Source: Cenococcum geophilum
Taxonomy: Eukaryota
Assembly (NCBI GenBank): GCA_050273025.1
Contig: CP158635.1
Coordinates: forward strand, 21,576,001-21,640,000
Reading direction: 5' to 3'
Length of the DNA stretch: 64,000 nucleotides
The notes beneath the pieces were generated by a model. The model searched no databases. It worked only from the letters and a program-made list of their open reading frames with translations, and was not told the origin of the DNA. This document shows positions 1 through 15,200 of the stretch, in pieces (within the stretch, counting starts at the first letter, position 1; every line of letters begins with the position of its first letter). Made by a program: the position numbers and the translations under genes.

Positions 1-3000
1 GGTACTCCGTAAAGAGGTTTTATAACCCATAAAATTATTTCTAGTTATAGGTTAAGCTTATAGGGTGGTCGTATAAAGATATCTCTACTTAGGTAGGTAT
101 TAGACTGCATATAGGCTTACAAGATATCCCGTAGGTAAAGGGCTACGGGTTTACTTTGCTATAGTCCGGGCATAAGTGTAAGTATAATCCGTTGGCTAAC
201 TTATTAAATTATAGGCGATTATATAAGGACTAAGCCCTTCCCTTAGTCGTTATAGGCTTGTACAACAAGCCTTAATTTTTTTAAAAGCTTTGTCAGTACT
301 AGGGTGCTTAATTTTATTAATAAAGTATAAATTAAATATACGGACGCCTTGCGGAACATCTCTCTCTATTATAACCGCAAAGACACCCTTTTTAAGTAGT
401 CCGTCGATCTCTTTACGTCATAAGTCTATAAACGGGGTTTCCTATACTAAAACTAATATATCCATAGGCGGAGATTGCCTTACAGATATTCCTGCGGAGG
501 TTAGGTAATTTTCTATTATAGTATTCTTGGTTACGGGGTGCTTTCAGGGGCGTCCTTAACCACGCTTTACGGTAGGTTTAGTAGGTTCAGTGGGTTTTTG
601 GGGGACTTCTAGGGTAGGCAAGGGTACTTCCAGTTCGTCTAATTCGGCGGGTGCTTCCGGTTCGTCTAATTTAACAGGTGCTTCCAGTTCGTCTGGTTCG
701 ACATTATAGGTGTTTTCGGGCCAAAAGTAGGGTTTTACGGACGTGCTTCTGAAGCTGGTTGGCCCGCTAAGAAGCTATACGTAGCACGTCTCGTTTTCTA
801 CGGCCAGTAGACAATAAGGTCTATTCTAACTGCCGCTTTTACGCTATATAAGGACTTTAGAGTTAAGCAGAAGGTCGTATACTAGGGTTATATTAGGTCC
901 GTTGCGGTAGTATAGGGCGTTATTAATAGCTTACTTAGCCCGTAGCTTAACTATTTCGGCTATTACCTTCCGTATTATAGCTGCTCGTTCCGTAATAGAC
1001 GGGGTAGGAGGGCCTAGGTTACTTATCCTTAGGTAGGCTCCATAAACTAAGAGGGTGGGTACTAGTCCGTTAGGGCCAGCGGTATCGTTTATAGCTTTTA
1101 TAGCCATCTATAAAGCTAGTTCCTTTTAAATATCCTTACACTTATCCATAATAATCTAATAAGCTCTCTATAAAGCTAGGTAAGCTTACTTAATAAGCCT
1201 AACGGACTAGTGCGCCTTAACTAGAACGGCTTTTGTTAAGATAGCCATGGCTATAGCGTACTATTGGAATTTTTTACTAATAAAGTTCCTACCAGCGTCG
1301 TGGGTAATATACTTAGGGGGTTTAACGTATGTATTAATCTAGCAGGTCCGTAAAATGTCCCAAGTATATTTTATAGATATATTTTACAACCAACGGGCGG
1401 CTTAATAGTGGGTTACCTCGTCGATTATATATAATACTGGACTGCCGTTAATATACATAATATCCACATATACTAAGTGGTTAAAGTTAAGGTCCTTATA
1501 AAGGGTAAACTTAAATCAGCCTAGGGAACGTCCGTATTTCTAGTAGAAGGAGCAGTATTTAGTTAGGTAATCAACTGCCTTCCTGTCAACATCGTTATGT
1601 CCAAAGCGTTTAAGGACTCTATATAGCTTTTCGGCTAATAGGTAGCCGAAACAGCGGTATAAACGGTGGATCTCCGTACTAGTAAGGTAGCATAGGTTAT
1701 AGTTAAAAGATTCCTAAATATAGGTCCGTAAAGTCTCTCCCTATATAAGGAACGGGTGTCCGAATTGTTATATAATTAGTAGGGTAATATACTTACTTCC
1801 TAGGGCAGTTGCGGGGCCAATTAGGGTGTCCGTAATATTATTGTAGTATACCTATAACCTATCTATGTCTATAAGATAGAGTAGGAAGGGGGTATCTGCT
1901 TTTACTATGTGGAAGTTAACTAGGCCAATTAGAGTCTTAACTTTAACTAATCTAATTAATGCGGTTAAGCCGATGCCGAATTAGACGTTTATGGCCCCAG
2001 TTTGCGTAATATTAATGTCCGTATTATTATTTATAGTGGTCTTATACGCAAGGTATTATCCGTAACCTATAGTAGACTTCTTAGAGGCACCTATATCAAT
2101 CATAACACCGTAGAATTCTTTGGGGGTATAGCGTTCTATAGTAATATATGCAAATGGGTCCTGTTTGCGGTTTATAACGTCTATAACGGGGGTACTTACG
2201 GAATGGTTTTTAGGTGCAATTAAGTGTATAAAGGAACGGTCGGCTAATACGGTCGTAATATTAAAGGCTTAGTTGTCCGTAAAAGGTCCGTAAGTAGTTA
2301 AAAACGTCTCTAAGATCTCCTATTCCTAAATATCTAAATTAAAGTCAATTATAAGGGCTTCTATTAACTCGTTAAGAAACTCCTCCGCTTCCTCTCCTTT
2401 GTAGTCTAAGATAAACTGGTTGATCTAATTGTCAAATCTCTTCTTAAACTTATTATGTTCTTCCTAGGTATGCCTTATAAACTAACATCCTTCCTTACCG
2501 TATATAAAGCACTTCTAGCTAGTTTGTCTATGGGGGTATGCTTTTATACGGGAGTTATTATAGGGGTTGCAGGTAGGGCCTAGTCGATACGGGTACTGCT
2601 AACGGTAGCGGCGGTCCGTAAAGTAGACGTCTAAGTCTATTTATAGATATTAAATATCCGCAACAAAGGCTTAAGTGCTGCCTGGTAGGTTTAAGACTTC
2701 ATACATTATAATAGAGGAGCGTAAATCATTAATAAGGCTAGCTAAAGTGTCTATAGGCTTATAACAGGCGTACTTGCAGGGCTCTACTTCCTAGTAGGCT
2801 GTAATTAGTTTATTATATAGGAAGTCATCTATTCAAAGCTTGGTGTTAAGGCCGTGCTATAAGTGCCGGAGGTCTTTAATAAGAATTTGCAGGCACTCTA
2901 TAGTCGATTTTTCAGTATTCTTATCAATTACGGTCCGTAGCTTAGTTGCATTCTATTAGGTAAGAATATCACGCCTATATTCCGGTCCTTTAAAGTAGTT

Positions 3001-4582
3001 ACGGGTAGCTTTGTATAGCTTATTAAAGGGAACACCAAGGGGTTTGCTCTTAAGGTTAGTATAGTAATAGTTAAGTGCTAGGCCGCGCAGCATAGTAGAG
3101 TAGGCTTAGCTAAACTCTTATTTAGGAATGTCAGCCTTTTAGCAAAGGTCCGTAAAGATAGTCAGTTTAAAGTCAAAATTGTTATTTTTACCGCTATACT
3201 TAGATTTGTTGGTATAGAGCTTGGCTAGGTTTACTAGCTCCTTACCATAGAACTTTACTTAGGTAGGTTATAGATCTATAACTTGTAGATATATAGCTTA
3301 CGGATATATAGTTTACGGATATATAGCTTATAGATCTATGACTTAAATAACAGAAGGGGTTTGGTCCGTATTTTAGGTTACGGGGGTATTATAGTCCGTA
3401 ATTTAGGTTGCGGGGGTATTACAGTCCGTAACTTAAGTACTAGGTATACTTTAGCCAGTAAGATTAATTCTAAGACTGCTTAGGTTTATAGGACGAATTT
3501 AATTAAGTGGGTTAGGTATAAGGCTAGTAATTATATTAAGTTTAGAAGAAGTAAAGAGTTCCTTAGTTTCTTGGAACTGGTCTAGGATTTCCTCTTTAGT
3601 CCATTCCGTTTGGTCTTTCTCGTATATTATATTGTATAAGGACTATACAATAGTAACTTGTTTATTCCTTTTAACCCATACACCTTAGTTACGTAAGAGG
3701 GTCCGTAGGTTATGGATAGTAGTAGGGTTATATGCTTTAAAGATAGTTTCTATAAAGTCCGCAAAGTCTTCCTAGTATTACTCCTATAGGTCGACGTTTA
3801 TAAGCTTAAAATATTCATATTTAAGAACCTTAAATTTAATGTAGTTGTTAACGTCAGGTACGGACGTAAGGTTAACTCCCTACCTCCACTTTTCCTAACC
3901 TTCATCGACTTGCTTTCTTAGGTCTGCCATACTATATTATGTAGTGTAGTACGTAGTGGGTAGAAGAGGTCTTGTAGTGGTCCGTAAAGGCGGTTAATAT
4001 CCGTAACGGTTTGCAGAAGGGTAAGGGGTTTCCGTAAGGTCTTATAACGGTCCGTAGAGGTAATTAACAGGTCCGTAGTAGTTCGCAAAAGGGTAAAGGG
4101 TTCGAGGTTTAAGGGTAGGGGTTCTATACAGGTCTGTATTCACGTCTATTATACTTCCGGTAAACCGTACTAAGACTTAAATAAGTATATAGAGTTGGTG
4201 ATGGTCTGTAATCCCTGACTTCCGACCTTCTAGCAGGTTGTACTAGGAGTCTAAACGGGTGGTCGCTGTCAAGTATCGCTCGGGGGAGGTATCAAGTAAT
4301 TGCTGATCTGTGCGCGCTCACTAATCAGTGTTCGTACTAACTTAATAGCACGAGTAAGTCAGATCCAGGGGCACGAAATACGTGTAGTATCGTATACTCT
4401 TTTGGATGATGGTGACTGTCAATTATATAAAGCAGACTACGTGGTCTATATACTGATACACCTCCCCCCTAATTAGTTAGTGCTTTATAAGTGCACCAGA
4501 CGCGTAAGCGAGTGGTTAGTGTACTGAACGCGTAAACGCGTACCTGGTGTACCGAACGCGTAAGCACGCGGTTAGTATAACA
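1..4582 (-). mobile_element. RIP-degraded Ty1/Copia LTR retrotransposon, 5' part; runs off the left edge
   Basis: Minus strand near 1-140 reads LYLRDI..AY.QS.T.L.RDIFIRPP...VIKPLYGV (Copia-type RT). An integrase-like stretch (YGRS.G.FKFTL..DLNFNH.VYVDIMYINGSPVL) lies at about 1430-1540, upstream of RT, which is the Copia domain order. Many TAA/TAG stops. Confidence 0.8.
4329..4582 (-). repeat. 5' LTR of the Copia element (254 bp)
   Basis: TG...CA ends with imperfect inverted termini tgttcgtactaac ... gttagtataaca. Sequence switches to Gypsy RNase H immediately after 4582. Confidence 0.7.
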
Positions 4583-7506
4583 GGTGCTATAATTATACAA
4601 TAACTATTCCTAAGAACTCCTTATTATAGATGTTATAGTTTAGTTCTAGTAGTGTTATCTTTTAACTATAGTATGCTACTAGGTGCTATATATTTCCGTG
4701 CTTTTATAGTAAATACGCTCCTAGTATAAAGTCTAATACATTTGTTTCTATAACTATATTTAGTTCTAGTTAATAGATCTTAAGAATTAGCTTCTAAGTA
4801 AACAACTTCCTAAGTTTCTCAATCAGCTTCTTCTACTTATTTCCCTATACCTATAGTTTCTCTTTCTTTATAAGCTTAGTAAATAGTTTTTTTTTTAAAA
4901 CTATTATACTATAACCCTTCTATAGTAGTTACAAACCCCTAAAAATAACCTTAACTGCGTTACGTTTTTTAGTTCTTACTAACTTACTATAGATTTAATC
5001 TTCTTTAGGTCTAGACATATTAATATAACCTAGTTTTATAATAAATCTAATAAAATTGGTCTTCCTAGTAAAGAACTTGTATTTCTTAATTGCTATTAGC
5101 ATCTATTTTTCTTATAGTCTCTTTAAAACCTATTTAACGTATTCTCCGTATTCTTCCTTAGTTATTAAGTAGATAATAATATTGTTAAGGTATACTATAA
5201 TAAACTTATTAAGGTGTTCTCCTAATATATTATTAATTCTCTTTTAAAATATTACTAGTGTATTTATTAACCTAAATTGCATAACTAATAATTTATATAG
5301 TCCTTCCTTTAACCTAAAGGCTGCCTTTTATTTATTGCCTTCCTTAATTCTAATCTAATAGTACGCCTATCTTAGATCTATCTTTATAAAGATTTGCGCA
5401 TTACCTATCCTATCCTAGATTTCGCTAATTAAAGGTAAAGAATACCTATCCTTCTAAGTAATGCTATTTAACTATCTGTAGTTAATATATAGCCTAAGTT
5501 TTCCGTTTTTCTTTAGTATAAATAATACTAAATATCCCGCTAATAATTGCGATAGTTTAATATATCCCTTTTATAAGTTCTTCTAGACAAACTCCTTAAG
5601 TACTCTTAACTCCTCTTAAGTGAGCTTATAGGTTATAAAGAACTTTAAACTTATTTTTAGTTCTAACTCTATTTTATAGTCCTATACTATATAATCTACT
5701 AGCTTTTTACTTTCTAGGCTCTATAGTTTTTGCTATATTTATAGTATCTCTTTAATATATAACTTAAGCCTCGCTTAATCTCTTTATATATTGCTCTAAC
5801 TTAGTACTATACTATCTTAGTTTGCTATTATATTTTACGGTATTAAGTATCCCTAATATTAACCTAACCTATAATCTAATTAATTTTTGGATTATACTTC
5901 TGTAACTAAGGTATACCTAATACTGCCTTATCCTGTCCTAATAGTAGGATATTAAAAGACATCTTAATTTATCTTCCTTTAATAGTTAGCTAAATAGGTT
6001 CAATTTTAAGATTAATAATCCCCCCTCTATAGGTTATTAGATCTCCTAAAATTATAACTAATAGGTAAGATTACTCCTTCTATCTATAAGGTAATTCTAT
6101 TTTTTAACTACTGCTAGTAAAATATAGTTCCTTATTGCTCTACTATCTATTAGTGCTTTAAACTATTAATATTACTAATAAATTTATAAATTTAGGTGTT
6201 GTCCTTAAATTCCTTTAAGGGTTTAAGGCTCTACTACTAGCTCCTTTTAGTTCTATAGGCCTCTACTTTTCCTAACTATTAGCTGCTTAATCCTATTATA
6301 CTTAGCTTACTCTTTAGCTAATACCTAGTTCGCTTTTTATCCTCTATATACTATAAACACGTATTCTCTAAGCATTTCTACTACTATTATCTATTTAAGC
6401 ATTCTTCTATAAGGAATTTTCCTAGTTAAAGTCTTAAGTCCCCTAACTCCTAAACTTCTACTAAATGCTATCTATATATATACTTAGCATTTCTATACTA
6501 TTACTTCTTTAGCGCCTAATATATCCTTATAGGGTACTTCCGATTATTATTTTTAGATTCTTATATATATTATATATATTATCTATATATAATCTATAAT
6601 AGCGTATAATATATTAGATGCTTTAAATTAACTCTTAACTTATCTTTATTTTTAAGTTTAAACCTTTATTATATTAATCTAAATATTATAACTTTATTTG
6701 CAGGCCCTAAGATTTACCTTTACTTCCTTAGTTCTTTAATCGTTCCTCTAGATCTTTTAATATTATAATTAAGGCTCCCTTAATATAACTTATAGCTTTC
6801 TCTATAATAGGGTAGTTCTAAATAACTTATTTATCTAGCCATATATAGAAATCTTCCCACTTATTATTATGTTGCTGCCTATACTACTTTTAGTATAGCT
6901 ATTAGAGTGTATATAGCTTATCTATAAAGAAGTATCTTCTTATTACTATATTATAATAGCCTTTTATATATCGTTTTTTAAATCTAGTAGGGATATTTAG
7001 ATTCTCTTCTTATTCTAGTTTAGTAAGCTATTTTACTCTTAGCGTGCCTATTTTAGGCCTATTAGTTATTCTTTATATAGGTGCTCTATTCCTAGTACGA
7101 CCTAGTATACTAGATCTTTAGTCTAGTTTCTATTCTTACTATATAAGGGTTCTCTGTCTAAACTCCTTTATAGTTTTTTTTATTTTTCACCTTATAAGTA
7201 AATCCTTAAAGTCTTTTTACTTTTTAATTTTAGTGTTGATTTTCTTAATAGTCCTTATTTATATATTAAAATCTTAGTCCTATAGAACTTTTAATCCTAA
7301 GCTTACTTCTTTCTTAAGCTTAGCTCTAGCCTTAGTCCAACTAGGCTTCTATAATATTCTTATCTTATTTTAAAAATCTTAAATCTTACTTATCTTATTT
7401 TAAGAATCTTATACCTTTAGGAAACTTCATCCTAAGCTTATTTATATATTACTAAACTAAGCCATTACTTTACTCTATTAGTTATCGTCTATTATAGGTC
7501 CTTAAG

Positions 7507-7687
7507 TATTACAGCGACTTAGTTAATCGAGGTATAAGCGCCGTAGAACGTATGCAAGCCTATATAATTAGTAGTCTATAGACCCGGATATTAAGATAAG
7601 GAGCAGAAGGTGGAAAAGGACACGTCTATATACATATGCCAAGGCTTAAGCGAGCCCTCTGACTAGATCCATTACGGAGCCGTAATA
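7507..7687. mobile_element. Solo LTR (181 bp) inserted in Gypsy A
   Basis: Termini tattac...gtaata (RIP form of tgttac...gtaaca), flanked by 5-bp direct repeat TTAAG at 7502-7506 and 7688-7692. Confidence 0.7.
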
Positions 7688-8991
7688 TTAAGCGTATCTT
7701 ATCTCTTCTTAAGAATCTTAAGTGTCTTTTATCTCTTTTTAAGAATCTTAAGCCTATAGCCCTTTACCTTTATTAAGTGGTAAGCTAGCACTAGCAGTTA
7801 TCTATTTACTTAATCCTTTTTCTTAGGTATTTTTCCTTCTATCTTATAAAGCAATAGATGCTATATCTAACAGTGTTATAATTTCTATTACTAATCCCCG
7901 TTTAATAGTAGTCCCAGTCTTTACTTTTATTGTAACTTTTTTAAGGTTTATATACTTCTAGTAAGCTGCCTTTATTACCTTATTATTATTAAATACTTCG
8001 CCTATATTAAATTTATTGTCCTTAATATCTAATATACGAGATAGTTTATTAGTTCCTCTAAACTTTAATATTTTTAGCTCCTATAGCTAATAGCTTGCGC
8101 TATACTTAGCGTCTTTATAAATTTAGTATACGTTATTATAATAAAACGTAAAACTCTTAATTAAATATTCTTTTGTTCCTCGTAATATATTATTATCCCT
8201 TTATATATATATATTGTCTACTAATCTCGTTTCTTTTACTATATAGTAACTCTATTCACTTCTATAGTCTCTAATAAAATAACCTTATTTTCTGTAATTT
8301 ATATAAGTTCCTTCTTTAAACCATTTTTCTTGCTATAAAGTCCGCCTAAATATCTTCTACTACCAAGATCCTTGGTTTAGCCTCTACTCCTTAGTCCTAT
8401 AATTACTTAATTCTTAACCTTTAAGTTTCTATAGTTTCTTATTTTATCTTTTAGATTCTTTAGTACCGCTTAGGTCTATTAGTTCTGCACTATACTATAA
8501 TTTTTAACTTTAACTTTATTGCTATATACTCTACGCCTTATATAACTATAAAACTCTATCCTAACCCTTTTTGGTTTATTCCTTCTAGTAGATTCTATTA
8601 TTAATTTTAATCGCTTAATTAATTAGATCTTATAGGGTTTCCGTATCTTCTATTAGAATAATCGCGTCCTAGACTTTTACTTTAAGTCTCTATTTATACT
8701 GTGCTATAAGCGCCTTATTGTTCCATTCGACCTATATAGCTAATATTTAAAACTGCGTTGTATACTTAATTGCTAAGGTTTATTATACTAGGTTTTAAAG
8801 CTTTTATTCTACTATAGTTGTCGCTTTTAGGTTTTTAAATATCTATATTAATTATTTTGTAAACCTATTCTAGCTAGTAAATATATATTATACTTCCTAA
8901 TTAGTAGTTGCTATACTATATTCTTATACCTCTATAAGATAGGGTTTAAACTACTTAAGTGCCCTTTCTGTTAGGAATAATCCTATATAGG

Positions 8992-9205
8992 TGTGAGGGG
9001 ATCTTGTAGACAGAGGGCTATAAGGACACGATTGGAATAGGATAGATTAGTAAGAGAGACGAATCTTTGAGGAGGTAAGGCCTCTGGGATTGTAGAGACT
9101 ATATACTATAGGCATGTGCCTCTAGTACGGACCGGCGACTATCTAAGGGGCGTCCGGGGGTTATCCTAAGGGTAACCCAAGGTGTCCGCAATAATATCCC
9201 TTACA
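8992..9205 (-). repeat. 3' LTR of Gypsy B
   Basis: tgtgagggga...cccttaca. Aligns with 17677-17891; differences are mostly C>T/G>A transitions. Adjacent to the PPT. Confidence 0.92.
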
Positions 9206-12200
9206 TTACCCCCCCCCCTTCTTACGGTCGGCCCCCAATCACTATTACCTTATAGTAGGGAGATTATAAGGGCTTGTCCTAGAAGAGGTTCGGAGAGATA
9301 TCGGAGAGGTATCGGTATACCACTATATATTATCTATCTATCTAACCCCTACTTTAAACTCCTGAAAAACCTTAATAAGGAAAAAACATAACTAGAGAAA
9401 AGATATAAGGATTGCTAGAAGACCTATTAGAAGCCTACCGGAAGTATGCTGGTAACTACCTAGGTTAACATAGGGATTTTTATACAACTCTACTTCTAAG
9501 CCTTTATGCCAGTCTATAATTAATTATAAGTATTATAGGCAATTTAGTATTCTAGTATAGTTCCGTAGAACATTTTAGTATAAGATTTAACATACAGAGC
9601 CTTGGCTTGCCGTCGTCTTTAACTATTAAGATATAATTTATAATTGTTTTATATAATCCTCTACGTCACTAATATATTGTTCCCGCATCTACCCTTAGGC
9701 TATTAGATACGGTTAAGGTATTAATTAGTTAATTAAGGAGACTTATCTCCTAAGATTTGGTGCGTATACTTTTAAATCTAATAGTCCTATACCGTATATT
9801 TAGCGTAGCTCTACTACCTAGCAAACAGGGATATTTCGCGTTAGCAATTATAGCTATTATGCGATTATTAAGAACGTCTATAACGTTGTTCTTTAATACT
9901 ATAGTATTATTTTAGATCTAATCTAACCCGTATATATCTTTAATTTAACGTCTTAATTGCCTTCCCCCAGCCGCGTGGTCAGTTTTTATAAGGAAGTAAT
10001 AGTTAAATAACTTATACGCGTGTTTCCTTCCTTTTAAATAGCGCTATTATAACGGAGTTATATTAGTAAGGTTGCGGCTATTTACTAAAAGGGTATTAAA
10101 AGGTAAAGTATAAAGATACCTTACTTATTAAGCTGCTCCTTTTCTTAAACGCCTTACTTCTCGCCATTAACCATCGTCCAATTTTAGACGTATCTTTGAT
10201 ATATTATTAAGATTTTCTTTTTTCTATCATTAATTTAATATACCTCTTCGTTCTCCTGCTAACTGCTCTTCTAAGCAGATTCTATAGCGTATTCTAGCCC
10301 TACCTTTATATATAGAACCCTAACCTCCGCTAACTTATAACTGGTGCTAGTCCTACCTAAATAATTTTGCCTATACGTCTTCAAAAGATTAGAAATCTAA
10401 TAACAGGATTCTAGAGGCTTATAATAAGACGCACTACGTTAGATCTAATACCTTTAGCCCTTATAATTAATATATGCGTACTAAGAGCAGCAGTTACATT
10501 AAGGTAAGTTTTTCTATTCTTAATAGATTTCTATTACTAACTTTAAGCTTTAATAGCCTAGGCCTAAGTGGCGATAATCCTTTAATGTCCTTAACTACTA
10601 TATTACCCGGGCTTTATCTTATTCTAGCGCTAATACTAAACGTCTTAGTCGTATTTAAGACTATACTACAGCTATCTATACCGCCTATAATCCTTAGCAA
10701 GCTAGCTAGTAACGCCTAATATAAAAGTAAGGTTAGTATACTAAGGATACGGTGCGGGATAAGGGTGATAAGAAGAAGGTTACTGTCTACTATAGAAAGG
10801 AGTTTGCGTATACGCGTTAAGTTTTAAAAGAGTATAATATAATATGGTATTAAGTAGGTTACCCTTTGGGTACCTAGCGGATAGGTAATTAATAGTTACC
10901 GTAGTAAGGTCTTAGTAGTTCTAGACTATACTAGCCAGCTAATATCTTTATTTATTCTAAGCTTAAGCGTGTCTTTATTAACTATAAGCTTACACCATAA
11001 GAGCTTCGTTAGTATTGGTTTGGACCTAATATTAGTATTAAGCGTTTAAGAGTCTCTACTCCAGCTATACCTTATCGTCCTACCCCTATTTTTATGCCTA
11101 CTTATACACCTACTAAGGTATCTAGATCCCATTCTTGTTAGCCATTACTTAGTGGCCTAATAGATACTAATCCTACTCCTAATAATAATTAGGCGTAGTG
11201 GCTTTTTAGATTAGGCATTTATGGTTTAGACTTTTAGGATTCGTTCTTATATATAGTAGCAATTAAGGACCTTAATTAGGTGCTTAAGAAGGCCTTAAAA
11301 GGCTTTTAAGAAGGGCTTAGAAGCCCTAGGAATAATATTCTTAGTATAGATTAATAAATAGGAATGCAATTCTAGCAAAATGCCCTATTAACTCTATGCT
11401 ATATATGTGAAAAGGCTAAGGACCCGTCCTGCCTTAGGCTATAGCCCTATCTCTATAGTTTCCGAAGCCTATCCGTTCTATATCCGATTTAACCTATTTA
11501 CTCTTTTTATAAGCTTTTTTCGTAGGTCGCGATAATACCGTAGTATTAGAGCGCTTTTTGTAACTTGTAGATTATAGACCTTAGTCCTAATATTCTTTTA
11601 GAATATCTTCGCAATAATTAAGGTAATCCTCTGGTTTCTATATAGAGTCCTTAGCGGGCTAGCCTAGCCATTTAACTTTAAATTAAAGCTTATTCTTAAC
11701 AGACTTATAGTATAATATAGCTTCAACCTTATACCACTCGCCCACTACCTTAAGGTGTTTAGTTAGGCCTAGACGGAAGTTCTTTTTTAGCGGTAGTCTA
11801 TGTTATAGCTTTAGTAGGTTTATATAAAACACTAGATATATATAGGCTATAGATAGGGGTAGCTAGAGATAATAGGCTAGCTTAATAATTTATTCCTTAA
11901 CTTAGAAGGGACCTAGGTATCTTATATTAAGCTTCTTTAATAATTAACGGGTTTTAATATTTATTAAACGTAATAGAACCTTATCGCCTACTCTAAAATG
12001 CTTATCCTAGTACTTACGGTTATACCAAAGTCTTTGCTATTTTTAGGCATCTTATAGGCTCTACTTCGCATACTTCTATTACTCCTCTTATTTCTAGAGG
12101 TATCCTTATACTCTTTAGTAGATGTCCTTAAACTTCCTAGTAAGGTCCTATAACTAATTATACGGCCTTAGCTAGTAATTATTAGGTATACTATTAAACC

Positions 12201-15200
12201 TAAATAGTTAAACGCTATAGGCAATCTAGATTAGTGCATACTTATATAATATATATTACTTTAAATTATAAGCTTACTCTGCGTACGGAAGTAGCTTATA
12301 CTAGTTGTCTTACTAGTAGTTTAAATACATCTATAGGTAAGACTCCAGTTCCTAGTTTTGGCGTTTTATTTACCCATCCGTCTATAGGTAGAAAGCCGTA
12401 CTATATTAGTAGTCTATCTTTAAATAGAAGCATAGGTCCGACTAATATTGGCTTATAAAGACGCTGCCCCTATTAGTAATAATAGAGTATAGCTAATCTA
12501 CTTTAAGAAAGCATTTCTCCTTAATTAGGTTAGCGAGCTCTTATATATTAATCGTCTTATTAACAGGAAGGTATTGGACGTACTTTAAAAACCTATTAAT
12601 AAGTACAAGAGCCAAATCATATATTCGTTCTTAGCTATTTTTAGATAGCGGAAGATCCGTAATAAAGTCTATAGCGTAATATTACTATAGCTCACTAGTG
12701 GGGGGAACTGATTTAAGTAGACCCTATAGCTTATACCTACGGATCTTGTATACTTAACACTTCTTGCAATAGCTAATATACTCCTTTACTTCCTAATTAA
12801 GCCTTAGCCAATAGTATTTGCGCTAAAGTAATTCTACTATTTTTGCTTAACTATAGTGGCTACCTAAGGGATTATTATAATTCTTTATAAGAATCTTCTA
12901 TTATAGATTTGCTTCTTATAGTACCTAAACCTTACTACTTTTACGTAGTAGGCCTATTGGGTCTAGTTCCTAATAGTAGCGCCTAGTAGCTTCCTTTCCG
13001 TTATATTTCCGGTCTACTTCTATATTAAGGATAGTATAGAAAGCGTCCCTTCGTTATACCTTATAGATAAGATCCATTAACCTTTTAGATAGTTTCTAGA
13101 TAAAAGCTATTTTGTCCTGTACTGCTCTAAGTATAAGACTAGATAGTACTATAGATCTTGCAACTCTTTAATACGTATATATTAGAAAGGCCGCTACAAG
13201 GTTAAAGTCCTTTAGTTATTATAGGGCTCCGAGTTCCAATTGCTCTATAGCTTCGCTATTAGCTTAAGGGGATAGCTTAATAATTAGGGATAGTATATTA
13301 CTAGGTTCTCAGAATATATTAGGGACGTCCTATCTAGGTATATTTGGACCCTTATTAGTAATAGACCGGGTACTAGCTAGAACGTTAGTAAAAACCAATA
13401 GGGCTTATACCGCCTAAGACTTAGTGCATAGAGCTATAGGTACTTAAGCATCCTATACCTAGAGCTTATTCTATAATATAGGGAGTAAGATATCTATTAT
13501 CTATTTTCCTTCTCCCATTTTAAAGCCTTTAGTATAGTCTGGCCGTCGTAACAGTCTATTAGTAGGGTTGTTTTCCCCTAGCTTATATTTAATCTTAAAA
13601 TTAAATTATATAAGCTCCTCTACCTATCTGGCTTATTAAGGTGTAAGCTCCTTTATAGTTATAAAGTAGCGTAGATTATAGTAATCTAAGAGTATACGAG
13701 TGGTATAGCTCGCGTACTTAAGGTAGTATTGCCACTATTTAAAGCAGTTAACTATAACTAGCAGTTCCTTATCGTGGGTATAATACCTAACTTTAGGTCC
13801 CTAGAATTTTCTACTATAAAATGCTACTAGTCTTTAATAGAGCTAGGTAGCGTCCAGATGCTTATTAGATTGCAGTAGGATACTAGTAAAGGCAAAGTTC
13901 GATGCATTAGTAATTATTATTAATAGCTAATCTAGGTTGAAATGCCGTAGTAATAAAGCTTCTATAAACTTCGCGTGAAGTTCCTAAAAGGCCTCTTAAC
14001 CCTTTCTAGGCTATAACCATAGCTTATACCATTTAGTTAGTCCCTTCTTAGTTTTCTTCCTTACCACCTTTAAGCTTTTTACTTCTTAGGTTAGGTCTTA
14101 AAAAGCTTCCGCAATATAGTTAAATAGGTATTAGGCGACGTCTAAGTAGTTATAAATAAAGCGCCTATAGAAATTAGTAAAGCCTAGAAATACTTAAATA
14201 TTCTAGTAGCTCTCTAGCTCCGGCTACTCCTAAATTATCTATACTTATATTAGGTTTATAACTATACCTATAGGCGTTATAATATAACCTAGGAACTCGA
14301 CCTGCTTAGTATTAAAGATTTACTTTAACGCCTTAGCGTAGAGGCCCTAATTATCTAAACGTTCCAGTACTTCGCGGATGTATTACTTATATTAATCCTT
14401 ATCTTCTAAGTAGATTAAGATATTATCTAAATAGATAATATATATGCGGTTAACTAGTCCCCCAAGGCTCTGTAAATATATAATTGGAATATTATAGGCG
14501 TATTAGCTAGCCCGAAAGGCATTACTAGATACTTAAAGTGGCCGTATTAGGTCTTAAAAGCGGTCTTTTACTTATCCCCTTCTTTAATACGGAGCCTATA
14601 GTAGGCGTCTTATAAATCCAGCTTTATAAAGATCTTCGCCCTAGATAGTTAATCCAGCATTTTACTAACTAGTAGTAGTAGGTAACGGTTCTTAATTATA
14701 ATCTTATTAAGACCGTAATAGTCTATATATAGCCTTATAGTTCTATCTAGTTTTAAAATAAAGAGAATTGGTACACCTAATAGCAACTTATTAGGCTAGA
14801 TCTACCCCTTTTTTAGTGACCCATTAAGGTACTCTTATAGGATCTTAAGCTCTTTACGCAAGAGGTTATAGATAGGAAGGTTTAGCGGTTGTTTACCTTC
14901 TTCTAGATTAATTATATAATTGTACTCTAAGTTCTATAGTAGGACTTTTACTCTCCTACCCAAAAATACCCTTAGTAAGTCCCTTAGGCCTGCTAAAATA
15001 TTTAATAAATTAGGGTCGCGTTTATCCTTCGCATTATTATTAGGTAAGTCTTAAAGCTCCCTTAGGATACTTACGGGCAGCGTTGTGCGCTATAGTGGTT
15101 GCTTATATATAGTTACCACCGTATATTATACTATTTTATACGGTAGCTAATAAAAGGTAGGGAAATCCTTAACGCAGCGCTTAAGATGCCGTAGTATACT

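Noticed and set aside
290..12458. Short plus-strand ORFs in the left AT-rich block
   Set aside because: Chance antisense frames over RIP-degraded retroelements.
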